The notes: generated by a model from the sequence alone, not told the origin. DNA of 64,000 bases from Bacteroidales bacterium (GCA_017548545.1 JAFYZW010000010.1:13168-77167), one strand, 5' to 3'. Counted from the first letter of the stretch, positions 54,662-63,660 are shown. Numbers and translations are program-made.

Positions 54662-55441
54662 ATGCGGTCGAAAAAGTATTACGACATCAGTTTCGGGACT
54701 TATGTGCTGGCCCTGTTGCCGTTCTTCGTCTATTTCGCCATCTACGGGTCATTGGGACTGTATCCCAACTACAAGGTGAGTCCTATCGACCTGCGGCCGC
54801 TGCACGATCTTGAGTTGCAGTTCTTCGGCGTGATGGATGGTGCGACAAAGTTGATACCTGGGGCCTACTTCCAGCGCCACAACAATGCGTTGCTCGACCT
54901 GATAGCAGGTTTCAGCTATCTGTGCTGGCTACCTGTACCTATGGGCTATGCCCTTTGGCTGACACGTCAGGGACGCATCGACCGTGCCTTGCGCATGGGG
55001 TGGGGCTTCCTCACGGTTAATCTGGTGGGTTTCGTTATCTATTATGTGCATCCCGCAGCTCCACCGTGGTACGTCATCAATCATGGCTTCGAGGCCGACT
55101 TCTCCGCACCGGGCAGTTGTGCCGGTCTGGCACGTTTCGACGCCTTGACCCACGTGCCGTTCTACCACGCCTTCTACGACAAGAACGCCAACGTCTTCGC
55201 AGCCATGCCATCGTTGCATGCCGCCTATATGTTCATCTGCACGCTCTATGCCATGCGCTATAAAGCTAACCATTGGATGCTCCTCGTCTTTTGGGTCATC
55301 ACCCTTGGTACGTGGTTCGCAGCCGTCTATTCGGCTCACCATTACATCCTCGATGTTATGGCCGGCATCGTTGTCTCGCTGTTAGGTATTGAGCTTTTCG
55401 AATGGTTCAATCGCCGCTATAAGCTTTATAGCCCCTCATAA
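54662..55441 (+). CDS. PAP2-superfamily membrane protein, AUR1/inositol-phosphorylceramide-synthase-like
   Basis: 259 aa polytopic protein. PAP2 C2/C3 motifs MPSLHAAY and YSAHHYILDVMAG, as in Aur1-type IPC synthases. It is clustered with pgpA and a CDP-alcohol transferase. Confidence 0.65.
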   Translation: MRSKKYYDISFGTYVLALLPFFVYFAIYGSLGLYPNYKVSPIDLRPLHDLELQFFGVMDGATKLIPGAYFQRHNNALLDLIAGFSYLCWLPVPMGYALWLTRQGRIDRALRMGWGFLTVNLVGFVIYYVHPAAPPWYVINHGFEADFSAPGSCAGLARFDALTHVPFYHAFYDKNANVFAAMPSLHAAYMFICTLYAMRYKANHWMLLVFWVITLGTWFAAVYSAHHYILDVMAGIVVSLLGIELFEWFNRRYKLYSPS

Positions 55442-55480
55442 CCCTTCTTAACCCCTCTTAACCTCTTGAACCTTTGAACC
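55439..55480. repeat. degenerate 9-nt microsatellite (complement of GGTTCAAAG GTTCAAGAG GTTAAGAGG GGTTAAGAAGGG), intergenic
   Basis: taacccttcttaacccctcttaacctcttgaacctttgaaccc starts at the stop codon of the PAP2 gene. It belongs to the same motif family as 44614 and 46775. Confidence 0.7.
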
Positions 55481-55488
55481 CTAAAAAT

Positions 55489-55974
55489 ATGTCCCGTCCT
55501 CGCCCCTTCGATGTTTTCCTGACCACAGGTTTCTACTCAGGCTATTCCCCCTTTGCTCCTGGAACGATGGGTGCATTGGTAGCCACGCTGCTTTGGCTTG
55601 TGGGCTATTGGCTCATGAGCTTTTGGACCTTGCAAATAGTGACAGCGTTCTGCATCGTGCTTTTCACGCTGATCAGTATCCAGCCCATCAATCGAGTGGA
55701 GAAATTTTGGGGCGAAGATCCGAAGCGCGTAGTTATCGACGAGGTGGTGGGCGTGTGGATCTGTCTGCTGGGTGTGCCTCTGACGACTGATACTACACGT
55801 TTCTGGATCTACGTGGTGATGGCCTTTGCATTGTTCCGCTTGTTCGACATTTTCAAGCCGCTCGGTATCCGCAAGATGGAGGCGTTGCACGGCGGTTGGG
55901 GTGTGATGATGGACGATGTCCTCGCTGGCATCTATGGCCTTATCGTGATGATTGTCTGCCGATGGTTCTTTTGA
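55489..55974 (+). CDS. pgpA: phosphatidylglycerophosphatase A family protein (candidate phosphatidylinositol-phosphate phosphatase)
   Basis: The ATG at 55489 is preferred because the track start at 55474 is TTG and lies inside the repeat. PFAPGTMG, IDEVVG, FRLFDIFKP and GVMMDDVLAGIYG are PgpA motifs. Confidence 0.8.
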   Translation: MSRPRPFDVFLTTGFYSGYSPFAPGTMGALVATLLWLVGYWLMSFWTLQIVTAFCIVLFTLISIQPINRVEKFWGEDPKRVVIDEVVGVWICLLGVPLTTDTTRFWIYVVMAFALFRLFDIFKPLGIRKMEALHGGWGVMMDDVLAGIYGLIVMIVCRWFF

Positions 55975-56001
55975 TCGAAAAGTCTAAAACACAACAAAGA
56001 T

Positions 56002-56673
56002 ATGAGCAAGAGTATTTACTCCAGTATTCGCGACGGTATACAGCTGTTGGTTTACCGCATACTTGACCCAAGTATCCGTTTTATGATACGTCTGGGTGTG
56101 ACTCCCAACATGATCACCACACTGGGCCTTCTGGGCAATATCGCTGCTGCGGCTATCCTTATCTATTCGGCGCTCTATGTTCCTGCGAGCTGCTACTGGT
56201 GGGTGGGACTGGCTGGTTGGGTCATCATTGGCTTTAGCATCCTCGACATGGTGGATGGCCGCATGGCGCGTGTGGGTAATCTGTCGAGCACGTTTGGTGC
56301 ATTCTACGATTCGGTGCTTGACCGCTACTCCGAGCTCTTCACGCTAAGCGGTATCGCATTCTACTTCATCGAGACGGGCCATCCTGTTGCCACCGTCATT
56401 ACCTTCCTGTCGCTCATCGGCTCCATCATGGTGAGCTACGTGAGGGCACGTGCCGAGGGTCTCGATGTGGAGTGCAAGGTGGGACTGATGCAGCGTCCCG
56501 AGCGCGTGGTGCTTACCAGCTTGGGTGCCATCCTCTGCGGCCTTTTGGCGGACACCTGTCGCGAGAGCTTCGACCCGATGTGGTTCCTGCTCGTCCCGCA
56601 GATCATCATCGCAGTGTTGGCCAACTATACTGCCTTTGTGCGCATCAATCATGTGCGTAAACAACTGAAGTAA
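56002..56673 (+). CDS. CDP-alcohol phosphatidyltransferase family protein (candidate phosphatidylinositol-phosphate synthase)
   Basis: 223 aa. DMVDGRMARVGNLSSTFGAFYDSVLDRYSE matches the D(x)2DG(x)2AR...G(x)3D(x)3D motif. Confidence 0.8.
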   Translation: MSKSIYSSIRDGIQLLVYRILDPSIRFMIRLGVTPNMITTLGLLGNIAAAAILIYSALYVPASCYWWVGLAGWVIIGFSILDMVDGRMARVGNLSSTFGAFYDSVLDRYSELFTLSGIAFYFIETGHPVATVITFLSLIGSIMVSYVRARAEGLDVECKVGLMQRPERVVLTSLGAILCGLLADTCRESFDPMWFLLVPQIIIAVLANYTAFVRINHVRKQLK

Positions 56674-56697
56674 ATAAGGAATACTAGGAAAACAACC

Positions 56698-56730
56698 AGC
56701 CCCGACTATCGTTCGTGATAGCCGGGGCTG
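56698..56730. terminator. bidirectional hairpin between convergent genes
   Basis: CAGCCCCG-a-CTATC-gttcgt-GATAG-c-CGGGGCTG. Confidence 0.6.
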
Positions 56731-56751
56731 ATTGTCTTGTGATTAGAAGTA

Positions 56752-59079
56752 TCAGAGGTCGCGGTTCGGACGAAGCACGTCATGCACCTGCAGGCTGAAT
56801 GCCTTGTTGAGCGTGTAGATGCCGGTGGCGCGGATATCCTCGACGTTGGCACCGAAGAGCACCTGGTACTTGCCGGCGGGTGACTCCCAGCACTGGGTGT
56901 CGATGTTGAACGAAGCCAGTCCGTAGTTCGTCACGTCGAAGGTGAGCACCTGGCTTTCGCCCGGCTGCAGCAGACGTGTCTTGGCGAAGCTGCGAAGCTC
57001 CTTGGCGGGCTTTGCCAGTCCTCCTGCAGGTGCAGCGACATAGAGCTGGACAGCCTCCTTGCCGGCCATGCTGCCGGTATTGGTCACGGTGATAGTGGCC
57101 TGGAAGCCCGTACGCGTTGCCTTCACGGTCGGTTTGCTGTAGGCGAAGGTGGTGTAGCTCAAACCATAGCCGAAGGGATAGCTAACCTCCACGCCCTCGG
57201 TGTCGAAGAAGCGGTAGCCCACGTTGATGCCCTCGGTATGCAGAGTGTAGTCCACGTTCTTCTTTTCGGGCTTGGCTCCTCCGAACGAGAAGTCCGAACT
57301 TGCCACTTCAGGCAGTACGTTCGGATAGTTACGGCTCGATGGGATGTCCATGATGCTGACGGGGAATGTCATCGTGAGCTTGCCCGAAGGATTGGCCTTT
57401 CCAGTGAGCAGGTCGGCCACCGAATTGCCGGCCTCCTGTCCGGGAGCCCATGCGAGAAGGATGGCATCGGCAAGTCCCTTCCACGATGCTGTCTCGATGG
57501 GGCCGCCGATATTCATGATGACGATCACCTTCTTCCCCTGGGCATGGAATGCCTCGTTCACGTTGTTGAGCAGGTTACGCTCCAGGGCGCTTAGTGTGAA
57601 GTCTCCGTCGATGGTGCGGTCGCCGCCTTCACCGGCCTGACGTCCGATGGTCACGATAGCCACATCGGCCTTGAGAGCCTGCTGGTCGATGGTGTAGCGC
57701 GATACATTGAGTTCGGGAGCCTGGACTGAGCCCAGCTGATCCCAGAACGAGGCGGCACGGCTGATGTCGTACTCGGCCTTGGCATAGGTGATGTACTTCT
57801 TATAGTAGCTGCTGAGGTCATCAGTAACCTTGAGTCCGGCTTGGGTCAGACCTTCGACAAGATCAACGGTATATGCCTTGTTCACGTTGCCCGAACCTGT
57901 GCCACCGGCGATGAAGTCGTACGAAGTGACACCAAACAGAGCCACGGTCGGCGTACCCTGCAGAGGCAGTGTGGTGGCCTCGTTCTTCAGGAGCACCATG
58001 CCCTCGGTAGCCGACTGACGAGTGACGGCAGCATGGGCCTTCAGGTCGGGCTTGTCGCTGTACTTGTAACCTTTGAACGAAGGAGTCTTGACGACATACT
58101 CGAGGATTCGCCTTACACAGATATCGAGGTCAGCCTCGTCGAGCGAGCCGTTCTTGACGGCATTGATGGCATCCTGTGTCTGGGCAGGCATACCTGGCTC
58201 CATGAGGTCATTGCCGGCATGCAGCTGGGCTGCGATGTTGCGGGGTCCCGTCCAGTCGGTCATCACGATGCCGTTGAAGCCCCATTCGTCACGCAGGATG
58301 GTGGTGAGCAGGTCGCGGCTCTGCTGGGTATATTCGCCGTTCAGCTTGTTGTACGACGACATGATGGTCCAGGGATCCGACTCCTTGACAGCAATCTCGA
58401 AGTTCTTGAGGTAGATCTCGCGCAGGGCACGCTGGTCAACGACCTCGTCACATTCCATTCGGTTGGTCTCCTGACTGTTCACGGCATAATGCTTGAGCGA
58501 GACTCCCACACCGTTGCTTTGAATGCCGCGGGTATAGGCAGCAGCCACCTTGCCGGCCACCAGAGGATCTTCGGAGAAGTACTCGAAGTTGCGACCGCAG
58601 AGCGGTGAGCGATGGATGTTCATGCCAGGTGCAAGCAGTACGTCGCAACCGTATTCGAGCACCTCGTTGCCCATGCTACGCCCTACAGCCTCGATGAGTT
58701 CCTGATCCCAGGTGCAGGCGAGGAGGGTGCCGATGGGGAAACCGGTGGCATAGAACGTCTGGTCGGTGCCGTTGCGTGTCGGTGCGATGCGCACACCTGC
58801 AGGGCCATCGGTGAGTACGGTGATGGGGATGCCGAGGCGCTCGACGGCTTGTGTCTGTCCGGCAGCGCCGGGCACACGGTCGGCATTCTGGCCCAACATG
58901 CCGTTCTCGCCACCCGTGAAGAAGGATGACATGTACTCGTTGTAACCAACTACGAGGGTGGCCTTCTCTTCGAGCGTCATGGCCTTCAGGACTTCGTCGA
59001 TGTTGTCCGAAGTGAGCTTTAGCTGTGCAAAAGCGGTTGTTGCTGCCATAATACAAATGCAGAATAATAATTTTTTCAT
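56752..59079 (-). CDS. glycoside hydrolase family 3 (beta-glucosidase-like)
   Basis: Start MKKLLFCICIMAATTAFAQ at 59079. LKHYAVNSQE and the GIVMTDW nucleophile region are present, with a C-terminal fibronectin-like domain. 775 aa. Confidence 0.85.
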   Translation of the reverse strand: MKKLLFCICIMAATTAFAQLKLTSDNIDEVLKAMTLEEKATLVVGYNEYMSSFFTGGENGMLGQNADRVPGAAGQTQAVERLGIPITVLTDGPAGVRIAPTRNGTDQTFYATGFPIGTLLACTWDQELIEAVGRSMGNEVLEYGCDVLLAPGMNIHRSPLCGRNFEYFSEDPLVAGKVAAAYTRGIQSNGVGVSLKHYAVNSQETNRMECDEVVDQRALREIYLKNFEIAVKESDPWTIMSSYNKLNGEYTQQSRDLLTTILRDEWGFNGIVMTDWTGPRNIAAQLHAGNDLMEPGMPAQTQDAINAVKNGSLDEADLDICVRRILEYVVKTPSFKGYKYSDKPDLKAHAAVTRQSATEGMVLLKNEATTLPLQGTPTVALFGVTSYDFIAGGTGSGNVNKAYTVDLVEGLTQAGLKVTDDLSSYYKKYITYAKAEYDISRAASFWDQLGSVQAPELNVSRYTIDQQALKADVAIVTIGRQAGEGGDRTIDGDFTLSALERNLLNNVNEAFHAQGKKVIVIMNIGGPIETASWKGLADAILLAWAPGQEAGNSVADLLTGKANPSGKLTMTFPVSIMDIPSSRNYPNVLPEVASSDFSFGGAKPEKKNVDYTLHTEGINVGYRFFDTEGVEVSYPFGYGLSYTTFAYSKPTVKATRTGFQATITVTNTGSMAGKEAVQLYVAAPAGGLAKPAKELRSFAKTRLLQPGESQVLTFDVTNYGLASFNIDTQCWESPAGKYQVLFGANVEDIRATGIYTLNKAFSLQVHDVLRPNRDL

Positions 59080-59121
59080 GTGTTTGGATTTAATGATTAT
59101 GTATAAATAAATGTAAGCCAA

Positions 59122-60672
59122 TCAAAGGACGATGGTGTTGAGGGTTCCTGCAGGGATGGTGACATTGAGGCTTTCATTGCCAAGTTGCAGGACGATGTTG
59201 GCATCGACATCGGTCTGGTTTCCTATGATGAGGACAATGCTTCCATCAGGGTTGACAAAGCCGAGCGCTTCGTTATAGGAACCGCCGAGGACGAGTTTTT
59301 TGGCTCCGGTCATCACGAAGTGACTGAGGTGCTTGAGTTCGTAGTATTCTGGCGTAAATGTCCAGGTTTTGTCTTCCTCATTGACTGTGATAAGCGAGTT
59401 CTGGAACCATCCCCAGCGCGAAGGCCTCTCATAGAAAAGAGAGGTATTCCAGTAATAGTATTGTGTCACTCCGTTGTCGAAATATTCGCGCTGAAGGTCC
59501 CAGGAGTACATGGCACCCTCCCAGTTGTTCTTGCCGTTGCCACACTCTTGCTCACTCTCGACGAGATCGATGCCCGAATAGTTCTTGTATATTGTTGGGA
59601 GAGCCTCTTTGCCGGCCCACTGGAAGCCAACGCCCTTGACATATTTGCTTGATTCGGGGTCTTGCAGGAGGGTATCTATCTTTGCAGGGTCTGGACGTTC
59701 GCAGGTACCGAAATATACATCTACTCCGCGTTTAGCCATCTCGGGACCAAGATATTGCCCCACAAAGATGTTCAGGTCACGTGACAGCCAACAGCATGAA
59801 GGATAAGGTTGTGCCGAATTAGGTTCGTTCTGCGGCATCACCATCTTGATGTCGATGCCCTCTGCCTTATATGCATCTGCGAATTTGCCGAAGTAACGGG
59901 CATAGGCATCAAGGTATTCGGGCTTCATATTGAAGGATGTCTGACCTTCGGACCCCTCCTCATTTGGTTTGGCATCATTCTGTTGAGGAACCATACGGAA
60001 AGCCAAGGGGCCGTCGGAGAAGAATCCGGAGGTGGCACTGACACCGCCTTCTTCACCAGGCTTGGGACCACGTTTCTTGTTGGCATTGTCAGCGGCTTGC
60101 TTCATGCGATCTATCATCTGTTGAGTCACGGCTCGTTCGGCATAATGCTTGGTCCTTTTCATCCATCGAGGTGGACACCAGGGTGAAGCAAACCAGTAGA
60201 TATCGGGATTGGCCGACAGGGCATACTTCATCATGGGGATAAGGGTTTCTTTGTCGCGCTCGATGCTGAAGTCTTTCAACTCGAAGTCGTTATTGGTATC
60301 GTCACAAGAATAGTAATCGAGAGAGAAGTCATTGGCACCGATCGACATGCGTGCGCGATTGAAGTTAGCACCCTTGCCAGGTTCGTAGAGCTCTGCAAAG
60401 ATTTCCTTCAGCGTCTGTTCGGGGAGAATCTTGAGACTCGCCCAGCCGAGTTCATTGAAACAAGTGCCAAAGCCCTTGACGGTTTGTGCTGTAGCATTCA
60501 CATCGATAGCGATGGTTTGGTCTGCCTGTGTTGGAGCAACGGGCTGAACGGTCTGGTAATAATTGTCTCGCGACGATTGCACCATCTCCTTGATACTCAT
60601 TTTTGAGTTCGTCTGGCAGCTGGTGAGCACAAGGAGTCCGCTGACACCAACTGAAAGAATTCTTGAATTCAT
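59122..60672 (-). CDS. glycoside hydrolase family 30 (glucosylceramidase / beta-1,6-glucanase-like) lipoprotein
   Basis: Start MNSRILSVGVSGLLVLTSCQ at 60672. GFGTCFNELGW, ARMSIGANDFS and MPQNEPN (acid/base Glu region) are GH30 signatures. Confidence 0.75.
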   Translation of the reverse strand: MNSRILSVGVSGLLVLTSCQTNSKMSIKEMVQSSRDNYYQTVQPVAPTQADQTIAIDVNATAQTVKGFGTCFNELGWASLKILPEQTLKEIFAELYEPGKGANFNRARMSIGANDFSLDYYSCDDTNNDFELKDFSIERDKETLIPMMKYALSANPDIYWFASPWCPPRWMKRTKHYAERAVTQQMIDRMKQAADNANKKRGPKPGEEGGVSATSGFFSDGPLAFRMVPQQNDAKPNEEGSEGQTSFNMKPEYLDAYARYFGKFADAYKAEGIDIKMVMPQNEPNSAQPYPSCCWLSRDLNIFVGQYLGPEMAKRGVDVYFGTCERPDPAKIDTLLQDPESSKYVKGVGFQWAGKEALPTIYKNYSGIDLVESEQECGNGKNNWEGAMYSWDLQREYFDNGVTQYYYWNTSLFYERPSRWGWFQNSLITVNEEDKTWTFTPEYYELKHLSHFVMTGAKKLVLGGSYNEALGFVNPDGSIVLIIGNQTDVDANIVLQLGNESLNVTIPAGTLNTIVL

Positions 60673-60761
60673 AATGTTCGCATTATATGAAGGTGATATT
60701 GTAGGCTGCCTCAGTCTTAGCCACTTGAACACTAACGATCGAGATCTTCATCTTCATACCG

Positions 60762-63128
60762 TCATAACGCCGAGACCTCCGAGAAGTAGTATTCGCGGAT
60801 GGGTTTGCTGAAGGGTTTGCCGATGAGGGTGATTTGGGTCTGCAGACGGATGTCCTGTGACGAGGCTCCCACTTTGATCAGATATGTGCCGGGCGCTACG
60901 TCCCATTGGCGCTTGCTCTCGTGGGTATAGTAGCCGAACTGTTCGGTGTAAAGCCTTACGCTGACGGTCTTGGTCTCGCCGGGCTTGAGCGACACGCGTG
61001 CAAAGCCTTGCAGCTGGATGGGGCGCAAGGGCTGGCTCTCCTCGATAGGTGACAGGTAGATCTGGGCGATCTCGTCGGCAGCTACACTGCCGGTGTTGGT
61101 TACGTCGAACATGAGGATGATGGCTGGCATGTTGGTCGCGGCTTCGGCAAACGCCTTGAGGTTGGAATAATCGAAGGTGGTGTAGCTGAGGCCGTAGCCG
61201 AACGGCCACTGGATGCGTGGATCCTGCTCGGCAGAATAGTTGTAGCATATCGGTTCGTCAAGCTCGACCTTGGGATAGCTAACCGAAAGCTTGGCCGATG
61301 GCGAAACCTTGCCATAGAGGATGTCAGCTACCGCATTGCCGCCCTCTTCACCGGGGTACCATGCCTGGATGACGGCCGCACAACGTTCGGCGATGCCGCT
61401 GATCACCTGCGCCCTTCCTCCGAAGACGACGAGCACCACGGGACGGCCAGTCTTGATGAGGTCTTCGACAAACTGCTCCTGACGTCCGGGCAGGCGGAGT
61501 CCCCGACGGTCGCGGTTCTCGCCGCAGAGCATCACGTTTTCGCCCATGGCGGCAACGATCACATCGGCCCTGCGGGCTTTGGCAAGGGCATCGCGCGCAT
61601 CGGCCTTCTCGCCCGCATCCACCTTGCGGTGCAGCAGGTCGTAGTCCCAGGCGCGTTCATCGCCGCCCTCCGAATATTTTGTCTCAATTTCTTCGGTCCA
61701 GTCGCAGCCACGCGAGTAGAGCAGGTTGATACCTTCGGGTTTGCGGTTGGTCATGCCTTCGAGCAGGGTGACCAGATGCGCCTCCTCGAGCCCTTCGGTC
61801 TGCATCTTCCAGAAGTAGCTCATCGCAGGGAAGGAGTAGTCGCCGCAATCGGCCCATATCGAGTTGGCGTTCGGGCCTGTCAGCAGTACGTTCAGTTTCT
61901 TGCCTTTAGCCTTCGCTTCTTTGTCCGACAAGGGCAGGATGCCGTTGTTCTCGAGCAGGACGATCGACTGAGTGGCGATGTCGTAGGCTGTTTGGCGCTC
62001 TTCGGGCGAGTCGAGCTCGATTGTTTCTTCCGAATAGAGATAGCAGTCGCTGTCGAACACTCCGGCACGGAACTTCTGGCGAAGCACGTCCTTCACCGCA
62101 CGCTCGAAGACCTCCTTCTTGACGAGTCCGCGGTCCAGAGCCTCCTGGAGATGCTGGTATGCTTCACCGTTGGGGAAGTCGGCATCGTTGCCACCGTTGA
62201 TGGCAGCAGCGGCCTGCTCCACGATGTCGGTGTATTCGGGGTTTTGGATGATGGCGCCATAGTCGCTTACCACCATGCCGTCGAAACCGATATAGCCGCG
62301 CAGGATGTCGTTCAGCAGTTCGTCATTGGCAACGCACTTGGTGCCATGTACGTCATGGTAGCCAGGCATCAGAACTCTGCTGCCGGCCAGGCGTATCATC
62401 GCCTCGTGAGGCATCAGGATTTCCTCCATCAGCTCCTTCTCGTCGGCATCGCCACCGCCACCATAGCCGAGGTAATGCTTTGAACAGGCACCTACGCCCT
62501 TCTTCAGGTCCTCTTGCTGCAGACCTTCGACAAAGGCTACACCCATCATGGCAGAAAGGTAGGCATCCTCGCCATACGACTCTTCGAGGCGGTTGAAGCT
62601 TGGTGTACGGCACACGTCAACCATCGGTGAGAGCGACAATAGACCGCCCATCTTTCGCAGTGCGATACCCGTCTGCAGCGTTTTCAGCTTGGCCAGTTCG
62701 GGATTGAACGAACAGGCTTGTCCTATCTGCTGTGGATAAATGGTCGAGCCCTGCGTATTGACGCCCGAGAGCACCTCTTCATGGAAGAGGGCGGGGATGC
62801 CGCTGGGCGTATTGTTGATGAGCCAGTTCTGCACGGCAGCCACACGGTCGCGGATGACATTGGGGTCGAGGGGTTCCTGCATGGCAAACTGTGAGAAATG
62901 TCCCAGGCCGTAGGGGATCAGCTCGCGGCACTTGGCGGTGTCGAGGTTGCCCTCCGAGTCGAAGAGTTCATTCATAAACATGCTCTTCAGTTGGGCTATA
63001 CGCTCCTCCTGCGGCATTCGTTCATAGAGTTTGTCAATTTGCTGCTCAAGAGTTGGTTCTGAGTTACAGCTCACAAGGCTGGTCAGCAGCATCGTTGACA
63101 CCGATGCTACCGTCACAAGGTTCTTCAT
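60762..63128 (-). CDS. glycoside hydrolase family 3, lipoprotein
   Basis: Start MKNLVTVASVSTMLLTSLVSCNS; an alternative ATG lies at 63143. SKHYLGYGGG and the GMVVSDYGA nucleophile region are present. Confidence 0.85.
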   Translation of the reverse strand: MKNLVTVASVSTMLLTSLVSCNSEPTLEQQIDKLYERMPQEERIAQLKSMFMNELFDSEGNLDTAKCRELIPYGLGHFSQFAMQEPLDPNVIRDRVAAVQNWLINNTPSGIPALFHEEVLSGVNTQGSTIYPQQIGQACSFNPELAKLKTLQTGIALRKMGGLLSLSPMVDVCRTPSFNRLEESYGEDAYLSAMMGVAFVEGLQQEDLKKGVGACSKHYLGYGGGGDADEKELMEEILMPHEAMIRLAGSRVLMPGYHDVHGTKCVANDELLNDILRGYIGFDGMVVSDYGAIIQNPEYTDIVEQAAAAINGGNDADFPNGEAYQHLQEALDRGLVKKEVFERAVKDVLRQKFRAGVFDSDCYLYSEETIELDSPEERQTAYDIATQSIVLLENNGILPLSDKEAKAKGKKLNVLLTGPNANSIWADCGDYSFPAMSYFWKMQTEGLEEAHLVTLLEGMTNRKPEGINLLYSRGCDWTEEIETKYSEGGDERAWDYDLLHRKVDAGEKADARDALAKARRADVIVAAMGENVMLCGENRDRRGLRLPGRQEQFVEDLIKTGRPVVLVVFGGRAQVISGIAERCAAVIQAWYPGEEGGNAVADILYGKVSPSAKLSVSYPKVELDEPICYNYSAEQDPRIQWPFGYGLSYTTFDYSNLKAFAEAATNMPAIILMFDVTNTGSVAADEIAQIYLSPIEESQPLRPIQLQGFARVSLKPGETKTVSVRLYTEQFGYYTHESKRQWDVAPGTYLIKVGASSQDIRLQTQITLIGKPFSKPIREYYFSEVSAL

Positions 63129-63169
63129 AATAATACTGGTCATCGTATTGTAGTTATTGGTTGACGTGG

Positions 63170-63177
63170 CAAATATA
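63170..63177 (-). promoter_or_regulatory. -7 box TAtaTTTG for the GH3-GH30-GH3 operon
   Basis: Plus strand reads CAAATATA, just upstream of the GH3 start. Confidence 0.45.
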
Positions 63178-63298
63178 CGAAAAAAATCTAATTCGACAAA
63201 GCTTTTGGGATAATTTTTTATTGAATGGATTTATTGACCTGCTTTCTGTGTCAAAAAAAAACAATAATGGGAGATATCAGACATTATCATATGTAGAA

Positions 63299-63324
63299 AG
63301 CATTCTGTCGGCCGACAGAGTGCT
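63299..63324 (-). terminator. palindromic hairpin after the SemiSWEET gene
   Basis: AGCATTCTGTCGGCCGACAGAGTGCT, containing the perfect 14-bp palindrome CTGTCGGCCGACAG. Its reverse complement is 24/26 identical to the core of the 41-bp array unit at 22.6-23.0 kb. Confidence 0.5.
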
Positions 63325-63353
63325 TCTTCGATTTAATAAAGAGTAATTTGATA

Positions 63354-63626
63354 CTACCTTTTTTTAAAGTGGTCGTTGTACATCTTGATGGCAAAGATGA
63401 TGACGCTGCAGATAAATGTGATGAGGTTGGTGAGTGCCATGTAATAATTCGCGCTGATGAGTCCCTGTGTCAGGAAGCCGAAGGAACCTACGGCCATCAT
63501 GATGAAGCCAGGAAGTGAGATGCCGTCGGTGTTGCGTGTACGAATGGTTTGAATGGCTTGAGGGAGATAACCCAGTACAAGACCAATACTGCCTACAAAG
63601 CCGCAAATATCAAAGAGTGAGCCCAT
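63354..63626 (-). CDS. SemiSWEET / PQ-loop family sugar transporter
   Basis: 90 aa with three TM helices and the LPQ motif (GYLPQAIQTIRTR), the typical bacterial SemiSWEET size. Confidence 0.75.
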   Translation of the reverse strand: MGSLFDICGFVGSIGLVLGYLPQAIQTIRTRNTDGISLPGFIMMAVGSFGFLTQGLISANYYMALTNLITFICSVIIFAIKMYNDHFKKR

Positions 63627-63652
63627 AGTATATATATTTTAAAAGTTTGCTG

Positions 63653-63660
63653 CAAAGATA
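63653..63660 (-). promoter_or_regulatory. -7 box TAtcTTTG for SemiSWEET
   Basis: Plus strand reads CAAAGATA, 27 nt upstream of the ATG at 63626. Confidence 0.45.

Noticed and set aside
59122-60672. Functional link between the GH30 glucosylceramidase-family enzyme and the neighbouring inositol-sphingolipid genes
   Set aside because: The two sets are on opposite strands and separated by a strong bidirectional terminator and a GH3 gene. GH30 with GH3 is better explained as beta-glucan degradation. The link is noted only as a coincidence worth remembering.
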